In this document: positions 24,451 to 37,800 of the stretch, one piece after another
Layout of the letters: every line of letters starts with the position of its first letter
Numbering within the stretch: position 1 is the first letter of the stretch
NCBI RefSeq assembly: GCF_023055435.1
Contig: NW_025964377.1
Span: 496,001 to 560,000 of the forward strand
Reading direction: 5' to 3'
Origin: Haliotis rufescens
Taxonomy: Eukaryota
Length of the DNA stretch: 64,000 nucleotides
The notes under the pieces: model-generated
Database searches by the model: none
Seen by the model: only the letters and a program-made list of their open reading frames with translations
Told to the model about the DNA's origin: nothing
Translations under genes and position numbers: made by a program

Positions 24451-25722
24451 TGTACACCATGTTTTTTGGAACGATGTGAAATCAGTGATGCTGGAAGCAC
24501 TCATAAAATCATCTCTCATGTAACTTGTTCTGAGTATCGCATGTCCTGGGGATACTAAACAAAACATGTACTTTTCAAAAAGAAAATTACTTTTTCACAA
24601 TTTTGAAAAGACTCAAATTGTGACATTACGGAAAAATGAGTATTTACTTTTAGGATTATTAATTTGTTAAAATGAAGTGGCAGTTGCCTCAAAAAGCAGA
24701 CACAAGCAGGAACTGTAAACAAAGTGCCCTATTTGGTAGAAAACATAGAAAATGTCCTATGAATCCTGGTCAGGCCTTGATTTCAAACTCTTCAAACATC
24801 ACAAGTAAAGGTGTAAGGTTGTATCGCTACAAATTCAACACAATGTACATAAGACATCTAACTCTTATGAAACAACAAAAATATAGGCTTAATACTGAGC
24901 AACCCTTATATACAGTATAACACAAAAGTCATAATTTAACATATCTTCTCGTTTTGCCTTGTAGATGCTATACAGTTACCCTAAGTTGAGCAATTCATTT
25001 TTGAAACAACGTTCAAAAAAACATCTGAAAGTGTGAATATATCTTTTGGTGACTGAGGTGGCTACAAGCTGCTTCCGCAGCGTCGGTTAATACCGTCATT
25101 TTACAACACAGACAGCCGGCGATGGCAGCACACTTTATCTGTTTAGCCTCTTATGCACTTCAAGAGCATGATTTATCCATCCAGCCTCTTAACAGTCATT
25201 TATCTGTTTGCAAAAGCTGCCAAAAATACTTGAAACGCTGTAATGTCCTTTCAATACTTATTGCGTGACAGTTTTTAGCATGTCGGTCCCTGAATATGAA
25301 ACGGCTAGGATCCATCGTTCATATAATACAGTGTTACAAGCAAGCCCAAATGCATACTGACGTTCCATCACAAGAGTTTCGCTCCCACCAACAAAGCTTG
25401 TCACATTGGCCTACTTTCTGCCATTTCTCTTCACAGCCTCATTTTGAAAATGGCTCCATAGTTTCCATGGCAACACTCCATGATAAATATCCATTTCGAA
25501 TCTCAGCAGTTTTGCACCAATTTCATCCAATGAAAATATCTCTTGTTGGTCACATGATCTGGACGTTTGTCCAATCAGAATGTTCCGCCTCAAATCTCCT
25601 CCAATGAGACTTGAGCCTGCCCTCTGTTGTGATAATTTATATATACAAACAGCTATATTCAGTCCATATCACTGTGCTTGAAGTTCTCGTTATAATCTCA
25701 ACCCTCGCGCACCCTCCTTTCG

Positions 25723-25844
25723 TCAGAGAGCCCCGTTCATATGGGAGTAGTCAGTACATTGTGTGGCACAGTTCGTGAAAGACTGAGACTTCTCAGACGA
25801 AAGCGATGGTGACTTGTTAAACGTTGTGAACTCTATCGTCCCCT
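25723..25844 (-). CDS. ihog: Ihog-like terminal coding exon
   Basis: Strong acceptor TTTTGTTCTCTTCAG; [40 protein letters not shown]-stop. Confidence 0.78.
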
Positions 25845-28800
25845 CTGAAGAGAACAAAAAATAAATGTCAGTAAATGGACCATTGTAATGCCACAGTCAG
25901 CATTACTCTAGACCTAAATCAGCATTATTCTTGTCATATAATGGTATGCAAATATCAGCTAATCATTATTCAAGCCATACGATGCAGCGTTAGAAACTGG
26001 CACTAGTCCTATAGTCCTTGCCAAACTGCCCAATGGTAAGGGTATCATAAGGGCTAGTAGAAATTTGCCCTTTTTAAGGGTTTTGCTATATGTTATCATT
26101 ATAAGGATTAGTGGCTGAAAACTGTTAGTTTCTAACCCTGCGATGTAATTATATCATGATACATGTACTCTAGCCTTACAGGTCAAGACACAGAGAATGT
26201 TGAGTGGAAATTGATGTTTGCGTTTGCTGTTTACTGTACACGCTAATATACCATCTGGCAAGATAGGACCCCTGACTTAATCAGGCTACAACAGTCATGA
26301 GAACTATACCTCTGTCACCATCACAGTTTGTGACTTAAACCACTAGCCTGCAGCCCCAGCCCAGTAAAATCTCTTTCGGTCTAGTAAGCTTTGAAAATAT
26401 CCACACATAGCGTATAATCTATTTAAATGATGAAAAGATACCTAATAAAAATATTTTTGTCACAGCCTGCCACTATTATTATTATTACAGGTCCAAATAA
26501 ACATACTAAAAAATTGGCACAAAACCCTACTCGTTTTGTTCAGTTTTAGGCAAACGTCATAGAATCATACAATATTCTATCACAGTGAGCTAGTTAATCG
26601 ACTGTTCGTCTCACCATTGCTGCTCAAGTCTGTATTAGTAGCTTGATCCTTTGTTGTGTGTTCACGGCTGTGCGGCCTCTTTCGGCGGCGTTTATGCTTC
26701 CCATGATTCCCTGAAATGTGGTCGCTAGGCGACAGAGAGTCCATAGTATTTCTGGCACTGAATATATTGGGGGTTGTCCCACCATCAAAAGTCCGAAGCT
26801 GTCTATCATTTGGGAGGAAACAGTCAACTCCGCCGGGAACATGCATTCTGGGAGATTTTTGACTATTTGTCTCCGCACCAGACATGTCAGCTTCATTGGA
26901 GGAATGGCCATGACCTTGGGGTGGCACATGTTGTAAGGAACTTGACCTTTGACCCAGCCGGTACAACACAGCAGGGTCGTGAAGTTGTTTTTCTCCGTTT
27001 CTTGTGCCACCATTTTGGTCCAACAAAGGTTGATCTAAGTACAAAAAGTTGACTTTTAGTAGGGAGTTTTGAAATAGTTTGAGGAGAGCATGTTAAGATT
27101 TCATTTCATTTTCTATTTCACTTTACCTGAGATGGCAAGCCTCATGGTCAAAAGCCTTGTCTCCCTTACATATTAATTTTCGAAGCTTCCTTGGCCCTGT
27201 TTTACAAAGCGCTCTCATAGATGACAGTTGAAAGTCATGTTATGATCACCTTAGTATTAAGAAAGCATCACACTAACGTATTGTCAAGGTAACTAACCTG
27301 GGGAAATATCGTCAACGCTTTTCGCTGTGTTGATGCTGTTGAAGTTGTTGTCGCTGGTGCTGTGAGGGCCGCTGTAGTGAGGTATGGACCCGTTCGGCAC
27401 AAGAGTGTGATTCTGTGAACATAACAAACAGTATTGTTTAAGTTCGAGTAGCTGCTGTACAGGGCACCTGGAGGGATCTGACAGACTGGGGCAAGGGAAG
27501 GAAGATGAATGGACAAATAAAAGTCTACACATGCCCTAGGTCCATTGAACCATTTCATATACTTTGTGATCAGTGAAGATCTGGGTTCAAATAGGTCTTA
27601 AGCAAACTATGCTTGCCCTAACAGCCAACTACCCTTGTCGTAAGAGGCGACTAACAGTGATTTGGTGGTCAGACTCTCTGACTTGGTTGATGCATGCCAT
27701 CGTATCCCAATAGCGTAGATCGATGCTCGTGATGTAAATCACTGACTTGTCTGGTCCAAACTTGATTTTTTACAGACTGCCCGTCATATAGCTGGAATAT
27801 TGCTGAGTGCAGCGTTAAAGAACAAAGAAACAAACAAAAACATATTCTTTGTTGTTGTTTTGTACTTACAGGAACGCTGCCTTTCCCAGCTTGGGAGTTA
27901 ATCATCTGACATTCCACTTCAGACATTGGGTTCACGTTGATGTTCATCTTGTTGTTATGGTTACTGTTGCCATGGGGACCGTGTCCATTGGCAACCAGTC
28001 CGTTGAGGCCATTGAGTGGGTATCCATTCATGTATTTCTTCCTCATAGACTCGCTGTAGATTCTCTGGGCTTGATCCTGGTACTTGGAGTGGATCACCCC
28101 GTTCATGGCTGCAACAGAATAGAAGCCATTATGTATACACTATGTATACAATCTGAGTTGGCCCTTAATCCAAACCACAATATTGCCATTATGAATACAA
28201 CCTTAGTAGGCCCTTAATCGACACTATAATGTTGCCATTATGTATACAGTATGCATACAATCTTTGTTGGCCCTTAATCCAAACTCGGTCTGGCCACTAT
28301 GTATACAATCTTGTTGGCCTTCAATCCACCTACAATGTTGCCATTATGAATACAACCTTAGCATTGCTTAGTAGGCCCTTAATCAACACTATAATGATGT
28401 CATTATGTATACACTATGTATACCATCTGAGTTGTCCTTCAATCCACACAACAATGTTGCCACTATGTATACATCTGATGTCATCACTTACCCATCATGC
28501 GACGTTGTTGTCGTTGTTTCCACCAGCACATGACGATGAAGACGAACAACAGCAACAACATGACCCCGAGGACAATTCCCAGCACCATGTAGAGGGTCTC
28601 GCTGCTGGACTGGGTGCTTGTCTTCTCCGTGTCGATCCCGTCTCCCCTGTGTGTCGGATTGCGGGGCTCCTCGACACGGGGTTTGTCCGGGGACGGCATA
28701 TTCCTTGTGTTGGCCTTGTCAGTTACTGGCTCGACCGGGAATGCTTTGGGAGGTTTGGTCAGAGCTGAAAATAGGTGCTGGGTGTGAGTTGGGAACACTT

Positions 28801-31800
28801 CTTAAATTGTACTTTTCAAACATCAACCTAAAGAATCAAAAGTCATTGTACAAAGAGGGCAAAGAAACAAGATCATTCTAGAAATCAAACAACAGTAATC
28901 ATTAATATATTTCTAAGAATACTCCCTCTTTTAAATTAGGAGTAATCCCACCCACCTCCCCGATTATCTGCATCTACAGAGCTCATGTACAGGAGTGAGG
29001 TTTCCCACCAAGTCTTAGCAGCAAGATACTATTGCTTGCACAACTGACTGGATAGTTGACAGTGAAGAGAACTTTTGTTGCAAATCAGAAGATTTTTAAG
29101 TGTGAGGACACCCAAAATAACAGGATTTATGGCTATGATGTAATAGAGGCTTTGTATTTGCAGGCATTATGTGGTATAGCTATCCTCAATAAGAAGGTGG
29201 CATCCATAAAGCGCTGCTACCAATTCCAGTGTGAGCATTAAATATTCCTTGTTTTGAACATTTGAAAGTCAAAACTAAGGTAAAGTAATTTGAAAAGAAT
29301 GTATAATTAAACATGCAACAAAATATGATGAAATAATATGTGATCTTCCTCAAAATTTTAAGTCTGGGGTTAACAGACATCTAAAATCTATCCTGGTTTT
29401 ACTTCACCTCCTCAAGAACCACCAGTAACTACAACCTACCTAATGTTCTCTTCACAACAGTGTTGCTACTGTCACTGTTCCCAGCCGAGTTGAAACATAG
29501 CATACGAATACTGTACTCTGTGTCAGGCTTCAGATAGCCCAACACATGTCCACGAACTTTGGTTTCAAGGATTGTGATCTTTTTCCATTGGTCTTTTGAG
29601 TCGTATGGCTTGTAGAAGATGAAAAAGCCTTCGATTGGTGAGGATTCTGTTAGGATATACTGAAACAAAGCAAACAAAAAATTATATATTTACTATCAGA
29701 CTGAGTGAGCAACTGAAAACTGTAGTTCAGTTATGTCTCAACATGTCAGCTCAGGATGAAGGTACTCCCAAAGTGATACAGCTCTGTTCTCGACATTTAC
29801 GTCATTTGTGAAAACCATGAGCAGAACAAGTATTCTACCCAGGCACATCTGGGATTCCAATCCAGAGTCAGTGTATCCTTGTTTGAAAAAGGGAGATAAC
29901 TCTGTACAGATGCCCCCCGTAGACACAAATCAGATTCAAGTCAGGTCAGTGTGTCCGTGCTTGATTAAGTGGGATCACTCCGTACAACCATGCCCCCACA
30001 GACACAAATCTACAACTGACTGACTGATATAGAAGATTTAACGTGCGCTTTCCGACTGCAGCGTATTTCGCAAATCTACAAATTGGTCTAAGGAGTTAAA
30101 TAGAACAGAATTAAGCTACTGACTTGACCATGCATGGAGCACAAACGAACCAACAACCTTGCAGTTACTTTGAGAAGGTCCAACACATGATGTGTGAAGA
30201 CATACTGCCTGCTGTTACAGTTGTATAAACCTCTGGCTAACGAGTGGTCAGACTAAGAACCCAGTCCCATTAATTACCTGTTTTCTTACCAATTAACACC
30301 TGCAGTGTACACACATGAGGGATTACTTAGATAAGAAGCAGCTTCGTCTGACGGGTAACATCAGCTTGTCAACACTATAACTGTTATGTACACATGGAGA
30401 GCAGGGCGTCAACATTGTCCTTCTAACAAGTGAGGATAGTCAGTGATATAATGCACTTTTGTTCTTGGACTTGCCTGAATTTAATTGCACTGTGTTGCTC
30501 AAACTTGAGCATGATGCTTAAAATAAACTTTCGGATGGACAATCTTATTGTGGGAAATAAACGATCACAATTAAATCATCTAAGGACTGACCCATAATGT
30601 GTTTGTTATCTGTTCGTCAGGCAATTTTGGAAAGAAATGTTATTTTGTTCAAAATTAAGATTTTTTAAAATTTCATATTTTCTTCAATTCTGAAGTAATT
30701 AAGCATTATATTTTGAGACTCATTCGGTGCCAGAAAATAAAACTTAGTATTAATAAATCTCTCTATTATTATTTGTTCTTAAAGGTACACACCTGCCACT
30801 TGATGCCAATGCCGAACACATCCTTCCCCTGTTCCTCATTGTGGAGTGGCATCGCTTCTACAATGGTGGGTCTGTCCACCGGGGGATGGGCTTTGCCAGC
30901 CGGAGCCACCTTCATGAAGAAACGGTGAGAGTTCTGGCCGACCTCGTTGTCATTATTAGAATACACAGCTGCGATACGAAATTTGTAAATTCCCCCTGGA
31001 AAACAAATACAATGTATCAGTTAAATTGGTATCGATAACACTGAGCACAGATCAAATCTAGATAGAACTGATTTTATTACTTATCTCATAATTGAAAAAT
31101 ATATCCTTATTCGAAGAGAAACATTGGTAAGTCAATTGCTGGACATTCATATTGTGACAATAGTAATCAGGAGATGACATAGCGTCCCAGTCTGGTGAAA
31201 ATCGGAAATGGAACTTGGCTACTTATACCCAACTGTTGTTCAGGTCAGTGAAGTAAAAAATAATGCTGTTCAGTATTTCTCAAAATCCTAAATCATCAAA
31301 AGGCACCAGTTCACCACAAGACTGGTCTGTACAGCAAGTTTCAACACGATATATTCAACGAGTTAGGAGTTCTGCTCCAAAAACGTAAAATGGACATGCT
31401 GATAAATATATCACCCCCATTTTTCAAACGGGGGAATAAAAAAGTGACAGGTTTGTTTGTAGAATGCGTACCTGGTTTGAGATTGGACACTTCATACATG
31501 GTGGTGTCCTTGTCGATGTCGTGGTCGTCGGTGTGCCAGCTTGCCTTATTGGGGGCAACCTCCTTGTACTGCACCCGGAAGAACACGATCGGTAGGCCGT
31601 CATTCTGTGGCACTGTCCAGTTCAGTTTGACCGAGGTGTCAGACAGTTGGTCAACATGCGGCTGAGATGGGGGAACCAGTTTGGCTAAAAAGACAACATA
31701 CAAAGTGAGTTGTGGTTCAGTCAACTTTTGTCTGTATAACACCACACTTTGTAATACTCCTGCTATATGACGGTGGCCTGTTGATGAGCGTTTGGACCAG

Positions 31801-34800
31801 TCAATCCAGTGATTGATATAATGAGTACCGTCCGACCCAATTGAAGCACAGTGACATGACCCGAGCTGCATAATAGCGTACTGAGACTGATTGTGCTCAA
31901 ATTCAATCTGAACGTGCTCACCTGTTGGCGACAATGTAGCGGCTATAACATTTTTGAGACCCATGATAGGATTCAAACCAAGGGATTCAAATTCTGATCC
32001 GAGGTCAGACGCCTTGTCCACATGGCCAATCAGGGTAACCCCGAATAAAGAGGTCATGGGATGACTCCACGCACTGCTACACATGTCTGCTACATATGCC
32101 TTCTACACATTCCTGCTTCACGTGTCTGCTACAATTCAACATCTCGTAATGACATTCACCTTTGCCCTTCTTCCTCTTCTTCTTCTTTTTCTTCCTCTTT
32201 CTCTTATTTTTCTTTCCCTTCTTCCTGTTCTTACGGCCACCATTTTTATTTGGCCTGTTCCGTTTCGGGACTTTGATATCTCCGTTGACCTTCAAGTTCT
32301 CAGAAGTCGTCTCATTTGTCCCTGCCTGGTCACTTTCGGTCACGCCAATAGTTGTCTCATCTAAAAAATGAAGTAAATAATTTTAGCATTCACAAAGTTA
32401 AAAATTTATATTAAAGTTGCCCTGCTTTGAGGAAGAAGAAAACAACAGCAGGTTACCATTGATATGCCACAAACGCATTATCTTTTCAATGACAATGAAC
32501 CCACACAACTGCAACAATCTGTGAGTCTCATGCAATTTATAATATGGTCTGAAGATGTCATACCTAACATATTTTGAACTTTTTACTTAAATGTTGAGAA
32601 GAATTTATTCAACACATCATTTTGGCCATTATTGAGTGAAAATGGATCTATGCCGCTTTTAGCAATAACAAGGCAGGGTACACCAGAAATGGGCTTCACC
32701 CATTGAAATCAAACCCTGGTCTTAGGTGTAACCACCAAGCTATTCCGCAGCCATTCACTTTGGCCAATAATGAACTGAAAATCTTACTTAAATTTGAAAT
32801 GATAGAGGGAATGAGTTACCTCCCTTTAATTTGAAATGATATGAATCACAGCATACCAAACGGAGAACAAAGATCAAAGTTCATAAACATGCATTTTTGA
32901 TCCATGACTTGAAAGAAAGCTATTCCTAAGGGGCAAATAATGGTGCTTTAAAGTCTAAAATTTTGGAGTTTTTCTTATTCAGCCATTCAGAGGATACTTG
33001 ACTATCCACAGCAAACGACTAGTTCTCTTTCAGCCATCCAGAGAAAATCTGACTATCCACAGCAAACCTAGGTCTCTATTACAATGCAAGCTGACAACTC
33101 GTGGAAGAACAAACCCAACACATTTAAATAACAGTGTGCCGATGCAGTTCCATTCTCGTTCTTTGCGATACAGGAATACTTTCCGGAATCCTCGGCCCTT
33201 ACACGGAACAGCTGCAGGGACCCGCTCGGTGCAATGTCAAGATGGCCGTGAGTTGGACTCAATCTCTGGCCATCCTTAAACCAGTGGAGTTGGTTGGCAC
33301 GAGCACTCAGACAGGGAATAGCCACCGTCGTGTGTCGCTGCACCGTCATGTGAGTTGGCCATAGTGTGAAGTGGGGCAGGTGCGCGGCTATGGTGTGATT
33401 GAGCTGGGATTGGCTGAGATTTAAAGCTAAGTAAAACAGAAAACGTACAGCACAAATATAGCTGGAAGCAGAGACAACATACAGCTACTGGCTGACTGAC
33501 TGAGAGTGAGCGAGTGACTGAGAGTGAGCGAGTGACTGAGTGTGAGCGAGTGAGTGAGTGAGAGTGAGCGAGTGAGTGAGTGAGAGTGAGCGAGTGACTG
33601 AGAGTGAGCGAGTGAGAGAGTGAGCGAGTGAGTGAGTGACTGACTGAGAGAGAGAGAGTGAGTGACTGAGAGTGAGCGAGTGATTGAGCGTGAGTGAGTG
33701 ACTGACTGACTGACTGACAGAGTGAGTGAGCGAGTGACTGAGAGTGAGTGACTCACTGACTGAGATTGAGTGAGAGAATAGTTTATTACTAGGATGAATG
33801 CTGGTTCTAAAGCAGTCAATAGTTGTATGGTCATGTGAGTGAGTGAGCAGTTCTACATGTTGACCAACTAAGACAATGAGTGAGTGAATGAGTGAGTGGA
33901 TTCATGGTAGAGCTCTACTCCATCGCAGTACTTGATATATATAAACTTCAAACTTCAAACATCAATCATATGCAGGAAGCATTGTGTTAGCACTACCCAA
34001 AGCGATATATAAACAATTAGGTCCCACAGACAAGTTATACAACAGCAAGAGAAATTACATGTGGGTTAGTTTCATTCAACAAATATGTGCTCAGCTAAAT
34101 GATAAAAGTAACATACCTGTGTTACCTGTTGGGTCAAGACCTTGACCCTTGACCTCCAGTTTCATAACAGCGCTGGCTGAGGAAGCGTTGTTCAGGGCCT
34201 GGCACTGATAGAACCCAGCACGTGATGGCACCACCTTGGTGATCACAAGTACCATGGCTGCAAGAAAAGAGGCCAAGTTTTCATTTCTCTCATATCTACA
34301 GACAATCAAGATTTATATACAACATAAATAAATAAAGTTCGAGTGGTGGGTTATCCTAGTGGTTAAAGCGAAGACCTGAGTTCGTTCCCCACATGGGTAC
34401 AATGTGTGAAGGCCATTTCTGGTGTCCCCCGCCATGATATTGCTCGAATATTGCTAAAACCATACAGTATACAGAAAAAGAGTTGGGGCGGTGGGGTAGC
34501 CTTATGGTTAAAGCCAAGACCTGAGTTCGTTCCCGACATGGGTATAATGTGTGAAGGCCATTTCTGGTGTCCCCCGCCATGATATTGCTAGAATATTGCT
34601 AAAACCATACTCTATTGACCAGTATTACCATTCTCACTTAATGTGTCTGTCACAACTGGGATACCATGACTGGAAACAGCCCATTCTGACAGCATATTGA
34701 CCATCTAATACCCATCTCTCTACATGTGTCTGTCACAACTGGGATACCATGACTGGAAACAGTCCGTTCTCACAGCCATCTTGACCATCTAATACCCATC

Positions 34801-37800
34801 TCTCTACATGTGTCTGTCACAACTGGGATACCATGACTGGAAACAGTCCGTTCTCACAGCGATCTTTACCATCTAATACCCATCTCTCTACATGTGTCTG
34901 TCACAACTGGAATACCATGACTGGAAACAGTCCGTTCTCACAGCAATCTTTACCATCTAATACCCATCTCTCTACATGTGTCTGTCACAACTTGGATACC
35001 ATGACTGGAAACAGCCCATTCTCACAGCCATCTTGACCATCTAATTCCTTGGCTTGTAGCAATCATGTGGGACAACATGAAGGTCAACTTCTCAAGTGAA
35101 TCACCATGACAATGGCTTGCCTGGAAATAGGTGCCTACCTCCATTACTGATGCCTGTTGTTTTCGGGACTGGCTTTGCGTTGTAGTACCACATGACTTTG
35201 GGCTCGGGTCGACCAGTCACATTACAGCGTAGCTCCGCCCTCTCACCAGCGTTTACTGTTATCACCAACCTCTGTGCCTTTGCTGTCACAGATTCTGAAA
35301 GAAACAAAATAAAAAATGTTATCACATCAAACTTTTATCTAAATTCACAATTGACGGCAGACAGATGTGAGAAACGTATTTATACCAACCATAACAATTG
35401 TAATTTTCTCAGTCTGTTTAGGCAAAAATATTATTCTCGCTTGTACAGGTCAATAACGAACTCAAAAGGACCACTAATTTTAGTTTGTTATAACTGTAGT
35501 TCAGTATAAGTGTATATACAGCATAAATACAGCAAATAGCTGAGACAAAAAACAAAAAACACTTCCTAATATCTGTCAGATTGTTATAAGCGTGTTCATT
35601 ATAAACATACTTGCTGTAATAATGGTTTAGATTGAACGGGCTTCAACATCAGTTTGTTAACATTTTGTTGAAATATTTATCATAATAATTAGAAATTAAC
35701 CATGAAAATCTGTAAAATCTGTCTTCATTGGTCTGTCTGGAATGTGAGTTGCAATTTCATGAGTGTTCTTGAATATTGAAGAAAGAAATAACGACTACCT
35801 AATACAAACAAACTTCTTACCTTGTACATCCATTGCAATTATTCTGCTTGGCTCTTCTGAAGTTCCTTTACAAATATATGTTCCTGCATCTTCTATCTTT
35901 ACATCCTTAATTCTTAAATTACCTGAAAAATAAAGAAGCCCACCTAGGATGAGAACCCACTTTGAGGCCCTTGATCTTCAATCATCAGTCTATCAGGGAT
36001 ACTACAAGTTATCTCCCCTTGCTCACAAAATGTATTCTTGCCTTCATACCAGTTCATGCAAATCAGTATCAATCAACTCAAAATAGTGACTGAATACCAT
36101 TGAAAATAAAATACATTTGAATTTACTTATATATTTAAATAACTTAAGTTAAGTCAATGAAATCATTATTTTTATATTTTAAACTGTGTGTTTGGGGGAT
36201 TAGAATAGGTTCCTGGCAACTTATGCTGGTCATAAGACATAGGTGACCAAGTGGTCAGACTTGCTGACTCAGTGGACTTGGTGGACGTGTTATCGTAGTC
36301 CAGTGATGTGGATTGTTGTTCATAATATCAATCACTGGATGGATTATATCGTCCAGACTTATTGACAGGATGACGTCACATGCCAGGAATATTGCTGAGT
36401 GCGGCTTTAAACAACAAATAAACACAATTTTAACATTTGAAAATATTACCATTTTCCACTACAGTACGGTCCTGTGGCAGAGTGCCTCCATATTTATCCC
36501 ATGTTACACTTGGGGTTCCAGTTGAGGAGGTAGGACATTCCAGCAGAACGCTTTCACCGATCCAGGGGAAGATCTTCACTCTACTGGTGTCCACTATCGA
36601 GGTTTCAGATCCAGCTGCTGAAAATGACAACATGAAAATTTAAGCAGGCTTCCTACATACCGTCAAATATAATCCTATACATAAACATCATCATACTAAT
36701 GCTATCTCAACTATAACCTCCATTCTTCTATCTAATTCATTGTTAATCATTTAGAAGACACGATTATGTTTATCCCAAGGTGTCTGCTGGCCTGACATAA
36801 GCGTTGACCCGAAAAATAAAAAATAAAAAATAAAAAGTTAGAAAAAGAAAGTATTAAGGAAAGTATTCAACATTTATTGAAAAAGCAATTTCTGAGTTTA
36901 TCTTATAATAATAATATAGTTCCAAAACACATGGACATAGCTTGAACCATCCTTGATCCTCCAGGGTCATATATTTCCATTACATTCCCTGGACACACTC
37001 ACTACCACAGCTTTAAGTTTAGGCTAAATTCTAATGGCTGTCCGACTAAATTACACTCATGATCGAGATTTTAGATATAAGAGAGATGGTGATTGTGACA
37101 TGACTTTCTCAGCAAAGCTTTGGTGGGGACTGGACCCAAGGGCGCGGGCGGGTAGCCTGGTGGTTAAAGCGTTTGCTCATCATGCCAAAGAACTTGGTTC
37201 GATTCCCGACATGGGTACAACGTGTGAAGCCAATTTCTGGTGTCCCCCGCCATGATATTGTTGGAATATTGCTAAAAGCGGCTATAACCTCACTCCCTCA
37301 CTCACTCACCCACTCACTCACTGGACCCAAGGGTTTATCGTAGGAGCATGGAGATGCAGAACATTGGATGACAGAGGAGGAGAGGAAGAGAATTTAGGGA
37401 TGTCAACTTCTTTATTATGAGGAACATAACTTTTGGAGTATATTCGTACTCCATCATGTGCATTTATTCACCTGATGAAGGAGTAAGTGTTTACTCTGAA
37501 ACATTGTGTTCCTCATAATAAAGAAGTTGACATACACAAATTCTCTTCCTTTTGTGTATCACTTCTAAATGCCATTCAAAAACTTACTAGAGGAGGAGCT
37601 GGAATATACATCTTCACAACTTTCAAGGTACATTGAATCTCACACTCTGAATCTTATGATCTTAACACTGAACACTGAAACATTTCCTTAAAATCAAAAT
37701 TCATACAGATGTCTTGCCAGTGTCAATGTGGAGAATATCCACGTCTTTTCTTTAACCTCAAAACATTTTGACAAAAACTTTTCAAATGAAGTGCTTTCAG

